64,000 nt of DNA from the NCBI RefSeq assembly GCF_039596395.1, contig NZ_JBCNJT010000001.1:715315-779314 (forward strand), read 5' to 3'. The translations under genes and the position numbers were made by a program. Shown here piece by piece: positions 7,999-17,378 of this stretch; positions within the stretch are counted from its first letter, which is position 1; each line of letters opens with the position of its first letter. The notes beneath the pieces were generated by a model, which was not told the DNA's origin, searched no databases, and worked only from the letters and a program-made list of their open reading frames with translations. The DNA is from Fluviicola sp. Its GTDB lineage: Bacteria; Bacteroidota; Bacteroidia; Flavobacteriales_D; Crocinitomicaceae.

Positions 7999-10452
7999 TT
8001 GGAACATCCGAAAAGATTTACGCAAACTACGCGCGGAAAGCTGATCCTGGCTTTCGGATTGGTGCTGTGTATTTCCCTGCTTACCTGGATCGTTAACCGG
8101 AGTGCCTTTGACCGGATCAACACGGTGGTAGAAGATCTGACCAAACCGAATCACCGGCTGGAAGCCCTGAACGACCTGCAAATGGAACTGAGCCGTCTGA
8201 ATGATTTTTACCGGGCTGAAGCTTTACAGAACAAATACAATCCTTCGGAAGAATACGGGATAAGAGTGGGTCAGATTTCAGAACGATTAAAGCAATTGAA
8301 AGATTCTTTTGCGGATAACCCGGACCAGGTGCAGCGATTGGTTGAGGTCGATTCAATTTTTACCAAACGGAATAAATTGTTTGAGAAGTATTTGAAGATC
8401 CGTTACAATTATATCAACAGCGGATTGGTAGACAGGCAATTTGAGGAACTTGCAGACCAGGTCGACAAGGAAAACCTGAAAGTGGATACCAATGTGGTCA
8501 CTACTGAAAAACAAACAAAAACGTATACTTATTTCGATCCGGTGGTGAAAGAAGAAGTCCCGGTAAAAAAGCGGCGTTTCCGGCGAAGAAAGGAAGAGGT
8601 GGTGATGGAAGCGAAACCATACGTTGTTGTGGAAGAAAAAACGAATGTCCACATTGATACCCTGGCCGTTTCACAGAAAAAAGACAGTATCATCGAAAAT
8701 ATCCGGCTTTCCCTGGATCATGTGGAATCGGAACGGAACACCGGGAGAAAATTCCTTCAGAAACAGGAATTGATCCTCATTAAGAGTAACGAGATTTTGT
8801 TTAATCGCCTTGTGGAAGTAATCGGTGAAGTGAAAAACGAAGAAAGTTTGTACACCGAATTGAGTTCGTCCAGGTCCATACAGATTGCCCGTGATACGAT
8901 TTCCCTGACAAAAATGCTGACACTGGTCTTTGTACTGGTTGCTTTCGTATTGATAGGTTTCATCATCGGGGATGTATCCAAGTTTAATCGTTACCGCAAG
9001 CAGTTGGAGGCATCACGGGAAGAGGCGGAGTTCCACAGTCAGGCGAAACAGCGCTTTCTTTCCAATATGAGTCACGAGATCCGTTCTCCGCTGCAAACAA
9101 TTGTCGGGTACTCGGAATTGATGATGAATGAACCGCAAACCGATAAATCCAAAATCGAAGTGGTTTCGAAAGCATCGGAACATTTGCTGCAGGTTGTCAA
9201 TGAGATCCTGGACTATTCCCGCATCATTTCTTCGAACTTTAAAATAGATGAGAAACCTTTCCAGTTAACGGAAATGATCGATGAGGTGGCCGGTTTTACG
9301 GCTTTTCAGTGTCAGCAGAAGGGAATCCGGTGGAATTTTGACAGGAATGAATTTGAAGCGGAAAAGTCCTGGGTTATTTCAGATGCATTCCGTTTGAAGC
9401 AGATCCTGATCAACATCCTGAGCAACGCGGTGAAATTTACCGAAAAAGGTTCCGTTTCCCTGGAAGTTCAATTGAAAGAAACCGAAAAGAACCTGGATGT
9501 GAACTTCAAAATCCTGGATACCGGGATCGGAATGAGCGCAAAGGACCTGAAAGTGGTTTTCCAGCAATTCGAACAGGCGCGGAATGCACCTATCCAATCC
9601 GGAACGGGTCTGGGATTGAGTATTGTGAAAGAACTGGTGGAAGCGCTTAAAGGCGAAATGAATGTTGGTAGTAGCCTGGGAAAAGGCACGGTCTTTAGTC
9701 TGAACTTTTCCTTTGAAAAGGCAGAAAAAGCAGTGCTTCCGGTTGCCGCAGATGAGCAGGAACACATCGAACTGGATGGAGTATTGTGGGTGGTGGATGA
9801 CGACGCCGCTATTTTGAAACTGTGCGAACAATTATTGAAGCAGAAAAAGCTCCGGTACCGGTGTTTTAATGATCCGAAAGAATTACTGGATGCAACCTGG
9901 GATGAAGATGTTAAATTTGTTTACGCCGATGTGCGCATGCCCGGAATGAGTGGGATAGAATTGTGCTCCAGGTTGAAAAAACGCGGACATACGGATGTGA
10001 AGATTGTTGCGCTCACCGCCCAGGTTCTCCCGGAAGAAAAAGAGATGTTCCTGCAAAGCGGATTTGACGGAATTGTGTTGAAACCATTCAAAAGCCGCGA
10101 GTTCTATGCACCGATCCGTGAAATGGAAAAAAAGGATTCCGAGTTTGATTTTTCATCTTTGCGCCAAATGATCGCGGACGAAAACGACTTCCGTGAGATC
10201 AAACTTCAATTCGTGTCTGATTCGAATGCGGATCTGGTAGCTATGAACAAAGCCCTGGAGGAGGAAAATACACGCGATTTATTGTTACTGGTACACCGTT
10301 TAGCCGGAAGGTTCGGACAAATGGGGTCGAAAAAGTTAGCACCAAAACTGAGAGAGCTGGAAGTACAATTGAAAAATACCGCAAAAGGGATTGTATTTTA
10401 CGAGGTCAAAGAAATTATCCCGCAGCTGGAAAAAGCTTTAAACAATCTTTAG
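7999..10452 (+). CDS. Hybrid sensor histidine kinase (TM-periplasmic-TM, HisKA, HATPase, REC, Hpt)
   Basis: FLSNMSHEIRSPL, NILSNAVKFT, DTGIGM, GTGLGLSIV, VVDDD...ADVRMP...KP, VHRLAG; TTG start. Confidence 0.93.
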   Translation: MEHPKRFTQTTRGKLILAFGLVLCISLLTWIVNRSAFDRINTVVEDLTKPNHRLEALNDLQMELSRLNDFYRAEALQNKYNPSEEYGIRVGQISERLKQLKDSFADNPDQVQRLVEVDSIFTKRNKLFEKYLKIRYNYINSGLVDRQFEELADQVDKENLKVDTNVVTTEKQTKTYTYFDPVVKEEVPVKKRRFRRRKEEVVMEAKPYVVVEEKTNVHIDTLAVSQKKDSIIENIRLSLDHVESERNTGRKFLQKQELILIKSNEILFNRLVEVIGEVKNEESLYTELSSSRSIQIARDTISLTKMLTLVFVLVAFVLIGFIIGDVSKFNRYRKQLEASREEAEFHSQAKQRFLSNMSHEIRSPLQTIVGYSELMMNEPQTDKSKIEVVSKASEHLLQVVNEILDYSRIISSNFKIDEKPFQLTEMIDEVAGFTAFQCQQKGIRWNFDRNEFEAEKSWVISDAFRLKQILINILSNAVKFTEKGSVSLEVQLKETEKNLDVNFKILDTGIGMSAKDLKVVFQQFEQARNAPIQSGTGLGLSIVKELVEALKGEMNVGSSLGKGTVFSLNFSFEKAEKAVLPVAADEQEHIELDGVLWVVDDDAAILKLCEQLLKQKKLRYRCFNDPKELLDATWDEDVKFVYADVRMPGMSGIELCSRLKKRGHTDVKIVALTAQVLPEEKEMFLQSGFDGIVLKPFKSREFYAPIREMEKKDSEFDFSSLRQMIADENDFREIKLQFVSDSNADLVAMNKALEEENTRDLLLLVHRLAGRFGQMGSKKLAPKLRELEVQLKNTAKGIVFYEVKEIIPQLEKALNNL

Positions 10453-10532
10453 TTCGTGGATATTTTTGATGACTTTTTTCTTATATTTATTTAGTAGCGA
10501 TCTTGAAATTTTTATCCCGAAAATAGCGTTAA

Positions 10533-11325
10533 ATGAATTTAGATAATCCACAAAGCTTTATATTTTATACTACTAGTGAAGGTAAAGATAATGTTCAAGT
10601 TTATGTTGATGAAAGCGGACAAACTGTTTGGATGACCCAAAGAGGTATGTCTGAGGTTTTTGGATGTTCCACAGATAATATATCCCTTCACTTAAAGAAT
10701 ATTTTTAATGTAGGAGAATTGAATATTGATGAAGTTACCGAGGAATCCTCGGTAACTGGTGCTGACGGTAAAAATTATAAAACCAAACTGTATAATCTTG
10801 ATGCTATTATTTCAGTTGGTTATCGGGTAAATTCTCAGAATGCGACAAGATTTCGAATATGGGCTACAGGTATTTTAAAGGAATACCTGGTGAAAGGATT
10901 CGCAATGGATGATGAGCGATTAAAGCAAGGTAAATCGTTATTTGACAAAGATTATTTTGATGAGTTATTAGAGCGGATAAAGGAAATTCGCGCTTCTGAA
11001 AGAAGGTTCTATCAAAAAATTACAGATATCTATGCCCAATGTAGTGTAGATTACAATCCAAATTCACCTGTTACGCAGCAGTTTTATGCTACAGTACAGA
11101 ATAAATTAGAATTTGCGATCACTAAGCAAACGGCAGCAGAAAACATTTCAACAACCAGTTTAATGAATATGAACTTTTAATGATGCCGGGGCTGTCAGTA
11201 AATTGGTTGCTAAGAAAATTGCAGAAGAAGAATATGAAAAATTCAGAATAGTTCAGGATTCAAATTTCACTTCCGATTTTGACAAATTGATCGAAGGAAT
11301 CAATTCAGGAAAGAAAAACCAATAA
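10533..11325 (+). pseudogene. rhuM: RhuM-family DNA-binding protein, internally deleted and frameshifted
   Basis: WMTQRGMSEVF, YNLDAIISVGYRVNS, ATRFRIWAT, FAMDDERLK, IRASERRFYQK; ORF stops at 11180, but QFNEYELL (from 11156) and NDAGAVSK...FTSDFDK* (11179..11325) continue in other frames. Confidence 0.85.
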
Positions 11326-11336
11326 ACGATTTAAAT

Positions 11337-12671
11337 TCACTCTAACTCGTACTTCTCCATCTTGCTGTAAAGCGTTTTCCGGTCGATATTTAAAAGCTGA
11401 GCGGCCTTGGTTTTATTATACCGGGTTTGAATAAGCGCATTCAAAATCAGTTCCCGTTCGTTGGTTTCCTGTACCAGTTTCAAATCGTTCGGATTGCTGG
11501 TCTGAGCACGGGAGATCATTTCTTCCGGCAGTAGTTCGGTACCGATGACATCGTCCTTGGACAACAAAACGGAGCGTTTGATGACATTGCGCAACTCGCG
11601 CAGGTTTCCCGGCCAATCGTATTTTTTGAATACCTGGATAATCTCCGGAGTAAGCCTTTTCACCGAGCGATCCAGTTCCTGGTTTGCCTGGTCTACAAAA
11701 TACTGAATGAATAATTCCAGGTCAACACCTCTTTCGCGCAGTGCTGGCATCTGGATCTTGAATTCATTGATCCGGTGATAAATATCTTCCCGGAAATTTC
11801 CCGATCCGATTTCCTGAAGAAGGTTTTCATTCGTTGCACTGATCAACCGGATGTTGATAGGAATACTTCTCCCGCTTCCAACCGGTTCAATGGTCCGTTC
11901 CTGGAGTGTGCGCAGTAATTTGATCTGTACGTCGTAACCCAGGTTCCCGATTTCATCCAGGAACAACGTACCTCCGTTTGCTTTTTCCATCAATCCTACC
12001 TTGTCCTGCAAAGCACCTGTAAATGCACCTTTGGCATGACCGAATAATTCACTTGCAGCCAGTTCTTTGGAGAGAACCCCGCAATCAACGGCTATAAAAG
12101 GACCGCCGGATCGTTTACTTTGGTTGTGGATGGAACGCGCAATGTGTTCTTTCCCTGTTCCGCTTTCCCCGATAATCATCACCGACATTTCTGTAGGAGC
12201 AACCAGGTCTACGTATTCATACAATCTCCTGGCAACTTCACTTTCTCCCTTGATGAATGATTGCGCGTTTTTCGGTTTTGATTCCTGTTTTTTAGAAGGT
12301 TCTTTTTTGTCAAGTGCCGATTCGATCACCAGGAGTAATTCGTCCGGGTTAATGGGTTTGATAATGTACTCAAACGCACCCGATTGAATGGATTTTACAG
12401 CTGTGCGTACATCATCGAAACTGGTAATAATCACAACCGGTAATACGGGAAATTGAGTTCCCATTTTGGCAATGAGTTCCAATCCGATTCCATCCGGTAA
12501 GCGGTAATCCAATAGTAACAAATCGAATTTTTCCGAACTCAGTAATTGCTGTCCGGACTGCAGGTTTGATGCAGAACTTACCTGGTATCCTTTCTTTGTG
12601 AGAAAAGTAGTTACGATTTTTGCAAACGTCGGATCGTCTTCGATTAACAGGATTTTAGTATCCAAAGCCAC
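11337..12671 (-). CDS. Sigma54-dependent response regulator (NtrC/ZraR/AtoC family)
   Basis: REC (EDD...LDYRLPD), GESGTGKE, GAFTGA, FLDEIG, DWPGNLREL, Fis-type HTH NKTKAAQLLNIDRKTLY; GTG start. Confidence 0.95.
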   Translation of the reverse strand: MALDTKILLIEDDPTFAKIVTTFLTKKGYQVSSASNLQSGQQLLSSEKFDLLLLDYRLPDGIGLELIAKMGTQFPVLPVVIITSFDDVRTAVKSIQSGAFEYIIKPINPDELLLVIESALDKKEPSKKQESKPKNAQSFIKGESEVARRLYEYVDLVAPTEMSVMIIGESGTGKEHIARSIHNQSKRSGGPFIAVDCGVLSKELAASELFGHAKGAFTGALQDKVGLMEKANGGTLFLDEIGNLGYDVQIKLLRTLQERTIEPVGSGRSIPINIRLISATNENLLQEIGSGNFREDIYHRINEFKIQMPALRERGVDLELFIQYFVDQANQELDRSVKRLTPEIIQVFKKYDWPGNLRELRNVIKRSVLLSKDDVIGTELLPEEMISRAQTSNPNDLKLVQETNERELILNALIQTRYNKTKAAQLLNIDRKTLYSKMEKYELE

Positions 12672-12694
12672 ATTTTTGAGATTACTAATTAAAA

Positions 12695-12730
12695 ATAAGA
12701 AAGGTCACGCAGAAGCATGACCTTTCTTAT
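12695..12730 (-). terminator. Intrinsic terminator
   Basis: ATAAGAAAGGTCA / TGACCTTTCTTAT 13-bp stem; U-tract on minus strand. Confidence 0.85.
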
Positions 12731-12750
12731 GATTATTTAAGGAAAAAAGC

Positions 12751-13077
12751 TTACTTGATCACTGTTCCGTCCTCTTTGAATTTCACAACGTTTAATTCCG
12801 CTTTGGTGTTTGATAATTCTACTTCATAATATGGCTTTTCAGCTTTTACGATGTATGCTTGTTTAGCAGTCCATCCCTGAAAAGAGTCTTCTGTTAGTGC
12901 TTTGCGAACTGCAGCAGGCAATTCTTCCAATTTGATTTTCACACGGTCAGGATTGTTTGCTTCTGTTGCCGCAACTTCGGTTGCCTGAGTTGTTTTGTTT
13001 TCTGTTTGAGCCGGAGCCTGAGCGTTAGCAAATGCCGTTGTTGTAATTGCGATTGCTGCGATGATCAACTTTTTCAT
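12751..13077 (-). CDS. Small secreted PepSY-like protein
   Basis: Signal peptide (AFANA), low-complexity linker, ELPAAVRKAL...YYEVEL...VKFKEDG. Confidence 0.75.
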   Translation of the reverse strand: MKKLIIAAIAITTTAFANAQAPAQTENKTTQATEVAATEANNPDRVKIKLEELPAAVRKALTEDSFQGWTAKQAYIVKAEKPYYEVELSNTKAELNVVKFKEDGTVIK

Positions 13078-13112
13078 GGTATTTATTTTTAAATGATTTC
13101 TGCAGAGACACT

Positions 13113-13128
13113 AAGAAATATGATACCA
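13113..13128 (-). promoter_or_regulatory. Candidate sigma54 -24/-12 promoter
   Basis: Minus strand TGGTATCATATTTCTT; GG at the -24 position, but -12 is TTCT rather than TTGC. Confidence 0.3.
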
Positions 13129-13251
13129 CTTTTTGGATTCAAAATTCAAAAAGTAAAAATTCAAAAGCTGAAGCCCTTTAAAAATAGGCGATTGGGAAAG
13201 TTTAGATTGAATTTTCTAACCAATTACGCACCTGTGCCAGAACTGAAAAAG

Positions 13252-13288
13252 TGTGGAATGTTTCCACAAAACGAGGGGTTGTTCTACA
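13252..13288. promoter_or_regulatory. Candidate tandem enhancer (UAS) sites
   Basis: Perfect TGTGGAA-tgt-TTCCACA (13252-13268) plus a 10/17 copy 20 bp away (13272-13288). Confidence 0.55.
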
Positions 13289-13307
13289 ATTGGCCAAAGG
13301 TATCGGG

Positions 13308-13769
13308 TTAGTATGCGATTGGAGCATCCAGTTTTAATTGCTGAATGACTTTGTTTTTGAGCGGAAAAAGGGAAGCAAAATAAAGAACGCCGATTCCTGT
13401 GAGCAGGATGAAAAAGGTATTGGTGGTCAATACGTAGCAAACAATGGCAAAGATGAGCGATGCATCTACCAGCCCCATTTGGATAATACGGGTACTCGTA
13501 TAAGCTTTGATCAGTTTCAGCGGATCGGTTTCGTTGTGCACTTTTGCCAGCATTGCTTTACGCATGAAAATACTGGTTGAAACTGAAATGACCATAAAAA
13601 TGGGAGCGATCAGTTGGAACAGTTCATTGATTTCTGTTTGCTGACTTCCGGGTTCAACGATAATACTCATAGCTGTCAGAAAGCTAAGAATGCCAAACAG
13701 GAATGCTCCGAAGATGATGCGGATCAGGGTGATGCTTCCGGTAAGTCTGCGCAGAATTTCTGGGTTCAT
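13308..13769 (-). CDS. Hypothetical 4-TM membrane protein
   Basis: 153 aa with four hydrophobic segments. Confidence 0.8.
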   Translation of the reverse strand: MNPEILRRLTGSITLIRIIFGAFLFGILSFLTAMSIIVEPGSQQTEINELFQLIAPIFMVISVSTSIFMRKAMLAKVHNETDPLKLIKAYTSTRIIQMGLVDASLIFAIVCYVLTTNTFFILLTGIGVLYFASLFPLKNKVIQQLKLDAPIAY

Positions 13770-13780
13770 AGGTTTTGAAT

Positions 13781-13809
13781 AAAAAAAAGCCCCGGCGAAA
13801 AACCGGGGC
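13781..13809 (-). terminator. Intrinsic terminator
   Basis: GCCCCGG-N7-CCGGGGC with A8 tract (U8 on minus strand). Confidence 0.9.
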
Positions 13810-13817
13810 CGGATTAT

Positions 13818-14213
13818 TTAGAATGGTAAATCGTCATCATCGCTAGGTGCAGTGGAAGCACTTGGAGTAGCAATCGGATCAAGGTTCATTGCTGTTGGTC
13901 CTCCTGCCGGAATTCCACCTCCCATGGAGCCGGATCCCACTTTCTCAATTCTCCATGCTTCCAGGGTGTTGAAGTATTTCACTTCTCCCTGCGGGCTTGT
14001 CCATTCGCGTCCTCTCAGGTTGAAGGACACTTCAATTTGGTCTTGTGTGTTGAATCCATCAATCAAGCTGCACTTATCCTGTGTCAACTGGAACAAGATG
14101 TCCTGAGGATACATACTTGCGTTATCAGTTAAAACAAATTCTCTCTTTGAGAATTTTTCTGATACTTGAACTGTATCATTCTTCACCTTTAAGATTCCGG
14201 ATATTTTAAACAT
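13818..14213 (-). CDS. DUF3127 family protein (OB-fold, SSB-like)
   Basis: FSKREFVLT, YPQDILFQ, VSFNLRGREW, YFNTLEAWRI, C-terminal DDDDLPF. Confidence 0.88.
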   Translation of the reverse strand: MFKISGILKVKNDTVQVSEKFSKREFVLTDNASMYPQDILFQLTQDKCSLIDGFNTQDQIEVSFNLRGREWTSPQGEVKYFNTLEAWRIEKVGSGSMGGGIPAGGPTAMNLDPIATPSASTAPSDDDDLPF

Positions 14214-14235
14214 ATTTCTACGGGTATTTACTATT

Positions 14236-15129
14236 TTAATCGTTAAAAGAGAGCAGGGTCATCCATGCTCCTTCAATATCATTTTTATTAATTAATTCTT
14301 TTGCACGTTCGTGTAAAGCGAGTTCCAGTTTTGCCGGTTCGTCTTCTAAAGTTAGGAATAAATCGCTTAATTCCAATAATTTATATTCGTTGACATCCGT
14401 TTCATTCGGCAATTCCGTAATGCCTGCCAACTGTGCCAGGTCGTTCCCGGACAGGATGATACTGACGCGAATATCTTCCGGGATTTGGTCAAAACCGACT
14501 CCGATGGTTGTAATAGGTTTGGTAACTTCAAACATGGAAGCTTCATTGGCATGACAATACCAGTTTCCGCCCATTCGTGCAACGAGGTTGATCTTCTTTT
14601 GATCAATTGTGCCGTCTTCCGCCAGGATTTCCTCGTGGATATGAATTTTGGTTACTTCACAGATTACCAGGTTTCCTGCGCCGCCCTGGTCTCCCAGTTC
14701 TTTTACTTCAAGCACTTTGCATTCGAACTGAACAGGAGCTTCCAAAACGCGCATCGGTTTTACCGTATCGGATTTTACCGGCGTAAGGCCTGACTTTACG
14801 AATTCATCCACTTCCGGTCCGTAAGGGGAACTGCTCAGGCTCATCTGGTGCAGGATATCCATATTCACAATGTTAATAACCACTTCCGGGATATTTTTGA
14901 CATTGTTGTAGGTGTCCTTTGTTGTATTCGTTCTTCCGTTTCTTGCCGGAGAGAATATCAGGATTGGCGGAGCAGCCGAAAAAACATTGAAAAAACTAAA
15001 CGGCGATAAATTATTGACTCCGTTTTCATCGATTGTTGAAGCAAATGCGATGGGACGCGGGCCAATGGCTCCAAGTAAATATCCATGGAGTTTGGGTACG
15101 GGAAGTTCTTTCGGGTCGAGCGTTAACAT
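14236..15129 (-). CDS. Flavin reductase-like FMN-binding protein (DIM6/NTAB family)
   Basis: PRPIAFAST, NNLSPFSFFN, KDTYNN, EAPVQFECK, VARMGGNWY. Confidence 0.9.
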   Translation of the reverse strand: MLTLDPKELPVPKLHGYLLGAIGPRPIAFASTIDENGVNNLSPFSFFNVFSAAPPILIFSPARNGRTNTTKDTYNNVKNIPEVVINIVNMDILHQMSLSSSPYGPEVDEFVKSGLTPVKSDTVKPMRVLEAPVQFECKVLEVKELGDQGGAGNLVICEVTKIHIHEEILAEDGTIDQKKINLVARMGGNWYCHANEASMFEVTKPITTIGVGFDQIPEDIRVSIILSGNDLAQLAGITELPNETDVNEYKLLELSDLFLTLEDEPAKLELALHERAKELINKNDIEGAWMTLLSFND

Positions 15130-15144
15130 GCTTGCAATTTTCTA

Positions 15145-15152
15145 CAAAAGTA
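15145..15152 (-). promoter_or_regulatory. Bacteroidota -7 promoter element
   Basis: TACTTTTG 15 nt upstream of ATG 15129. Confidence 0.6.
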
Positions 15153-15233
15153 CCAAAATCAAAGCGGTCTTTTGAAGTCAGAAGCGAGATTTAATTAACA
15201 AAATGACTCGCTAACGATGAAAACAGAAAACGA

Positions 15234-16298
15234 TCAGCGAATCACTTTTTTGCTTACCTGGCCATTACTTCCTTCCACACGGATCAAATACATTCCTGAA
15301 GCATAATCGCTTAAATCGATATTGGTTGTTTCGGTGATTTTGGATTGTTGCATGACTTTCCCGGATAAATCTACTACGGTATAGGTCAGGTTTTCGGGGT
15401 ATTCCGTGATTTGAATAGTTGCCTGCTGGTTGGAGGGATTATAAGCGATACTTACAAAATTCTCCAGTGTGTTTTCGTTAATACCGGCAGTGATACCACC
15501 TTCTTCCAGAAAAACTCCTGAATCGAATACCCCGTCTCCGGCATCTGCAATAGCAATAATAACCTGGTACATTTGTCCTGGTGTTACTGCTGATTTGGCA
15601 GTTAACGGAACCGTTAAACCATCAAATTGCACGTAAGTATTATTAGAATTATACGGGGCCTGTACTCCGTTTCCATTGTTTACAAAGTACTGTGAGTTGG
15701 TAGCCTGACAAGCGCCTATTCCGGAGCCGGTATTACCCGGGTTTCCACCGTTGACAGTATTAATGGTGATTGGAGCACCGTTTGGTAGACGTGCTATGTT
15801 TTGACTTCCTCCAGGTATTCCCGGACCGGAAATATAAATGGCAAAACCATCACCACTACCAAAAGATTGAGAACAAACATATTCGGGGTATTCTTCCGAA
15901 CCAAAAACATACCTGATTTTTAAAGTATCTCCATTGGGAATTACATCAAAAGAAACTATAGCTGCATTAAAGGATGCTGCGGCAAGCATACTTGTTAATG
16001 GAGAGTAGCCGGGAAAACCATTATCAACACCTGAATTGTTCTCGTCGTTTGGTCCTACGGTAAAATTAGCTATGCCGGTGGTCATCAATACCCCTGAACT
16101 AAAAGGCATATTCTGAACATTTGCAGAGAAATAACAAATGGCTGATAAAGATCCGGAATAACTGACATTTGAGATGGAAACGTTATCGCTTGAAAGTGCG
16201 GTTGCAATAAAATCAGCTGGATTGTTCCCGCCGGTAATTAATTGAGATGATGCTAAAAATGACTGACTGAAAAGAATCAGACTAAACAGGTATTTCAT
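15234..16298 (-). CDS. Choice-of-anchor L domain protein with T9SS CTD (paralog 1)
   Basis: GVLMTTG, YVFGSEEYPEY, FAIYISGPGI, NIARLP, QFDGLT, IADAGD...DSGVFLE; CTD. Confidence 0.88.
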   Translation of the reverse strand: MKYLFSLILFSQSFLASSQLITGGNNPADFIATALSSDNVSISNVSYSGSLSAICYFSANVQNMPFSSGVLMTTGIANFTVGPNDENNSGVDNGFPGYSPLTSMLAAASFNAAIVSFDVIPNGDTLKIRYVFGSEEYPEYVCSQSFGSGDGFAIYISGPGIPGGSQNIARLPNGAPITINTVNGGNPGNTGSGIGACQATNSQYFVNNGNGVQAPYNSNNTYVQFDGLTVPLTAKSAVTPGQMYQVIIAIADAGDGVFDSGVFLEEGGITAGINENTLENFVSIAYNPSNQQATIQITEYPENLTYTVVDLSGKVMQQSKITETTNIDLSDYASGMYLIRVEGSNGQVSKKVIR

Positions 16299-16315
16299 AA
16301 TGAGTTATTAAAGAT

Positions 16316-17338
16316 TTAGCGAACCACTTTTTTGCTGACCTGGCCATTGCTTCCCTCCACGAGGATCAAATACATTCCCGAAGCATAATCACTTAAATCA
16401 AGGTTCATTGTTTCGGTGATTTTGGACTGCTCCATGGTCTTTCCGGATAGATCTACAACCGAATAAACCAGTTTTTCCTGGTATTCCGTTACCTGAATGG
16501 TCGCTTGCTGATTGGATGAATTATAAGCGATGCTTACAAAGTTATCCAGTGTGTTTTCTGCCGCACCAGCTGTAACTCCGCCTTCTTCCAGAAAAACCCC
16601 TGAGTCAAGAAGGGCATCACCACCATCTGCAATAACCAGTATCACGTGGTATGAGGATCCAGGAGACAGATTGGAAATGAAAGCAGTTAATGGTTTGCTT
16701 AATCCGTTATATTGCAAATACTGGTCATCGCTGTTATATGGAGGCAGATTTCCGGTTCCATTGTTAACAAAGTACTGGCTATTTGTTGATTGATTCAGGG
16801 TTCTTATTGAAATAGGGTTGGTATTCGGTAAACGGGCAATGTTTTGTGTTCCGTTTATTCCCGGACCCGATACGAAAATTCCGAAGCCATCGTTGTATTG
16901 ATAACTGGATGAGTTGTTTGAGGAGTATTCTTCGGAACCAAATACATAATTTATTTTCAAGGTGCTTCCACTCGGAATAACGTCGAAAGTAATGACAGAA
17001 GCGTCGTAGGACTCAACAGCGAATGCACCGTTAAAAAGAGTAAGCCCAGGAGCATTATTTTTAATACCTGCGCCGATTGAGTCATTAGGTCCCTGCGCAA
17101 AGTATTTGGAACCGGTGGTCATCAAAAAACCGGAATGGTAAGGTAACCCCACAGTACTGCCGGATGAGAAATAAGCAATGGCATCCAGAACGCCATTATG
17201 TTGCACATTGGAGATACTTACTCCCGAACCACTTAGAACGTTGGCAACAAGTTGCTGCGGATCGCTTCCGCCCAAAAGGAGTTGTCCGAAGGAAAATGCC
17301 GGTGTTAGGCAAATGATGAGGTGGTAGAGATGTTTCAT
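16316..17338 (-). CDS. Choice-of-anchor L domain protein with T9SS CTD (paralog 2)
   Basis: YVFGSEEY, FGIFVSGPGI, NIARLP, QYNGLS, IADGGD...DSGVFLE; CTD 67/80 identical to paralog 1. Confidence 0.88.
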   Translation of the reverse strand: MKHLYHLIICLTPAFSFGQLLLGGSDPQQLVANVLSGSGVSISNVQHNGVLDAIAYFSSGSTVGLPYHSGFLMTTGSKYFAQGPNDSIGAGIKNNAPGLTLFNGAFAVESYDASVITFDVIPSGSTLKINYVFGSEEYSSNNSSSYQYNDGFGIFVSGPGINGTQNIARLPNTNPISIRTLNQSTNSQYFVNNGTGNLPPYNSDDQYLQYNGLSKPLTAFISNLSPGSSYHVILVIADGGDALLDSGVFLEEGGVTAGAAENTLDNFVSIAYNSSNQQATIQVTEYQEKLVYSVVDLSGKTMEQSKITETMNLDLSDYASGMYLILVEGSNGQVSKKVVR

Positions 17339-17351
17339 AAAATAATTTGCG

Positions 17352-17359
17352 CAAAATTA
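17352..17359 (-). promoter_or_regulatory. Bacteroidota -7 promoter element
   Basis: TAATTTTG 13 nt upstream of ATG 17338. Confidence 0.6.
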
Positions 17360-17378
17360 CCGATTTCCGGTAAAAATC

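Noticed and set aside
8560-8595. KKRRFRRRK basic stretch in the hybrid kinase as a Tat or localisation signal
   Set aside because: It is internal to the periplasmic loop, not N-terminal; basic loops are common in these sensors.
10453-11336. Prophage or IS around rhuM
   Set aside because: No integrase, transposase, terminal inverted repeats or target duplication are visible.
13225-13239. Alternative sigma54 promoter TGGCACAGGTGCGTA
   Set aside because: Good -24 box, but GG-N10 is followed by TA, and it lies only 12 bp from the putative UAS.
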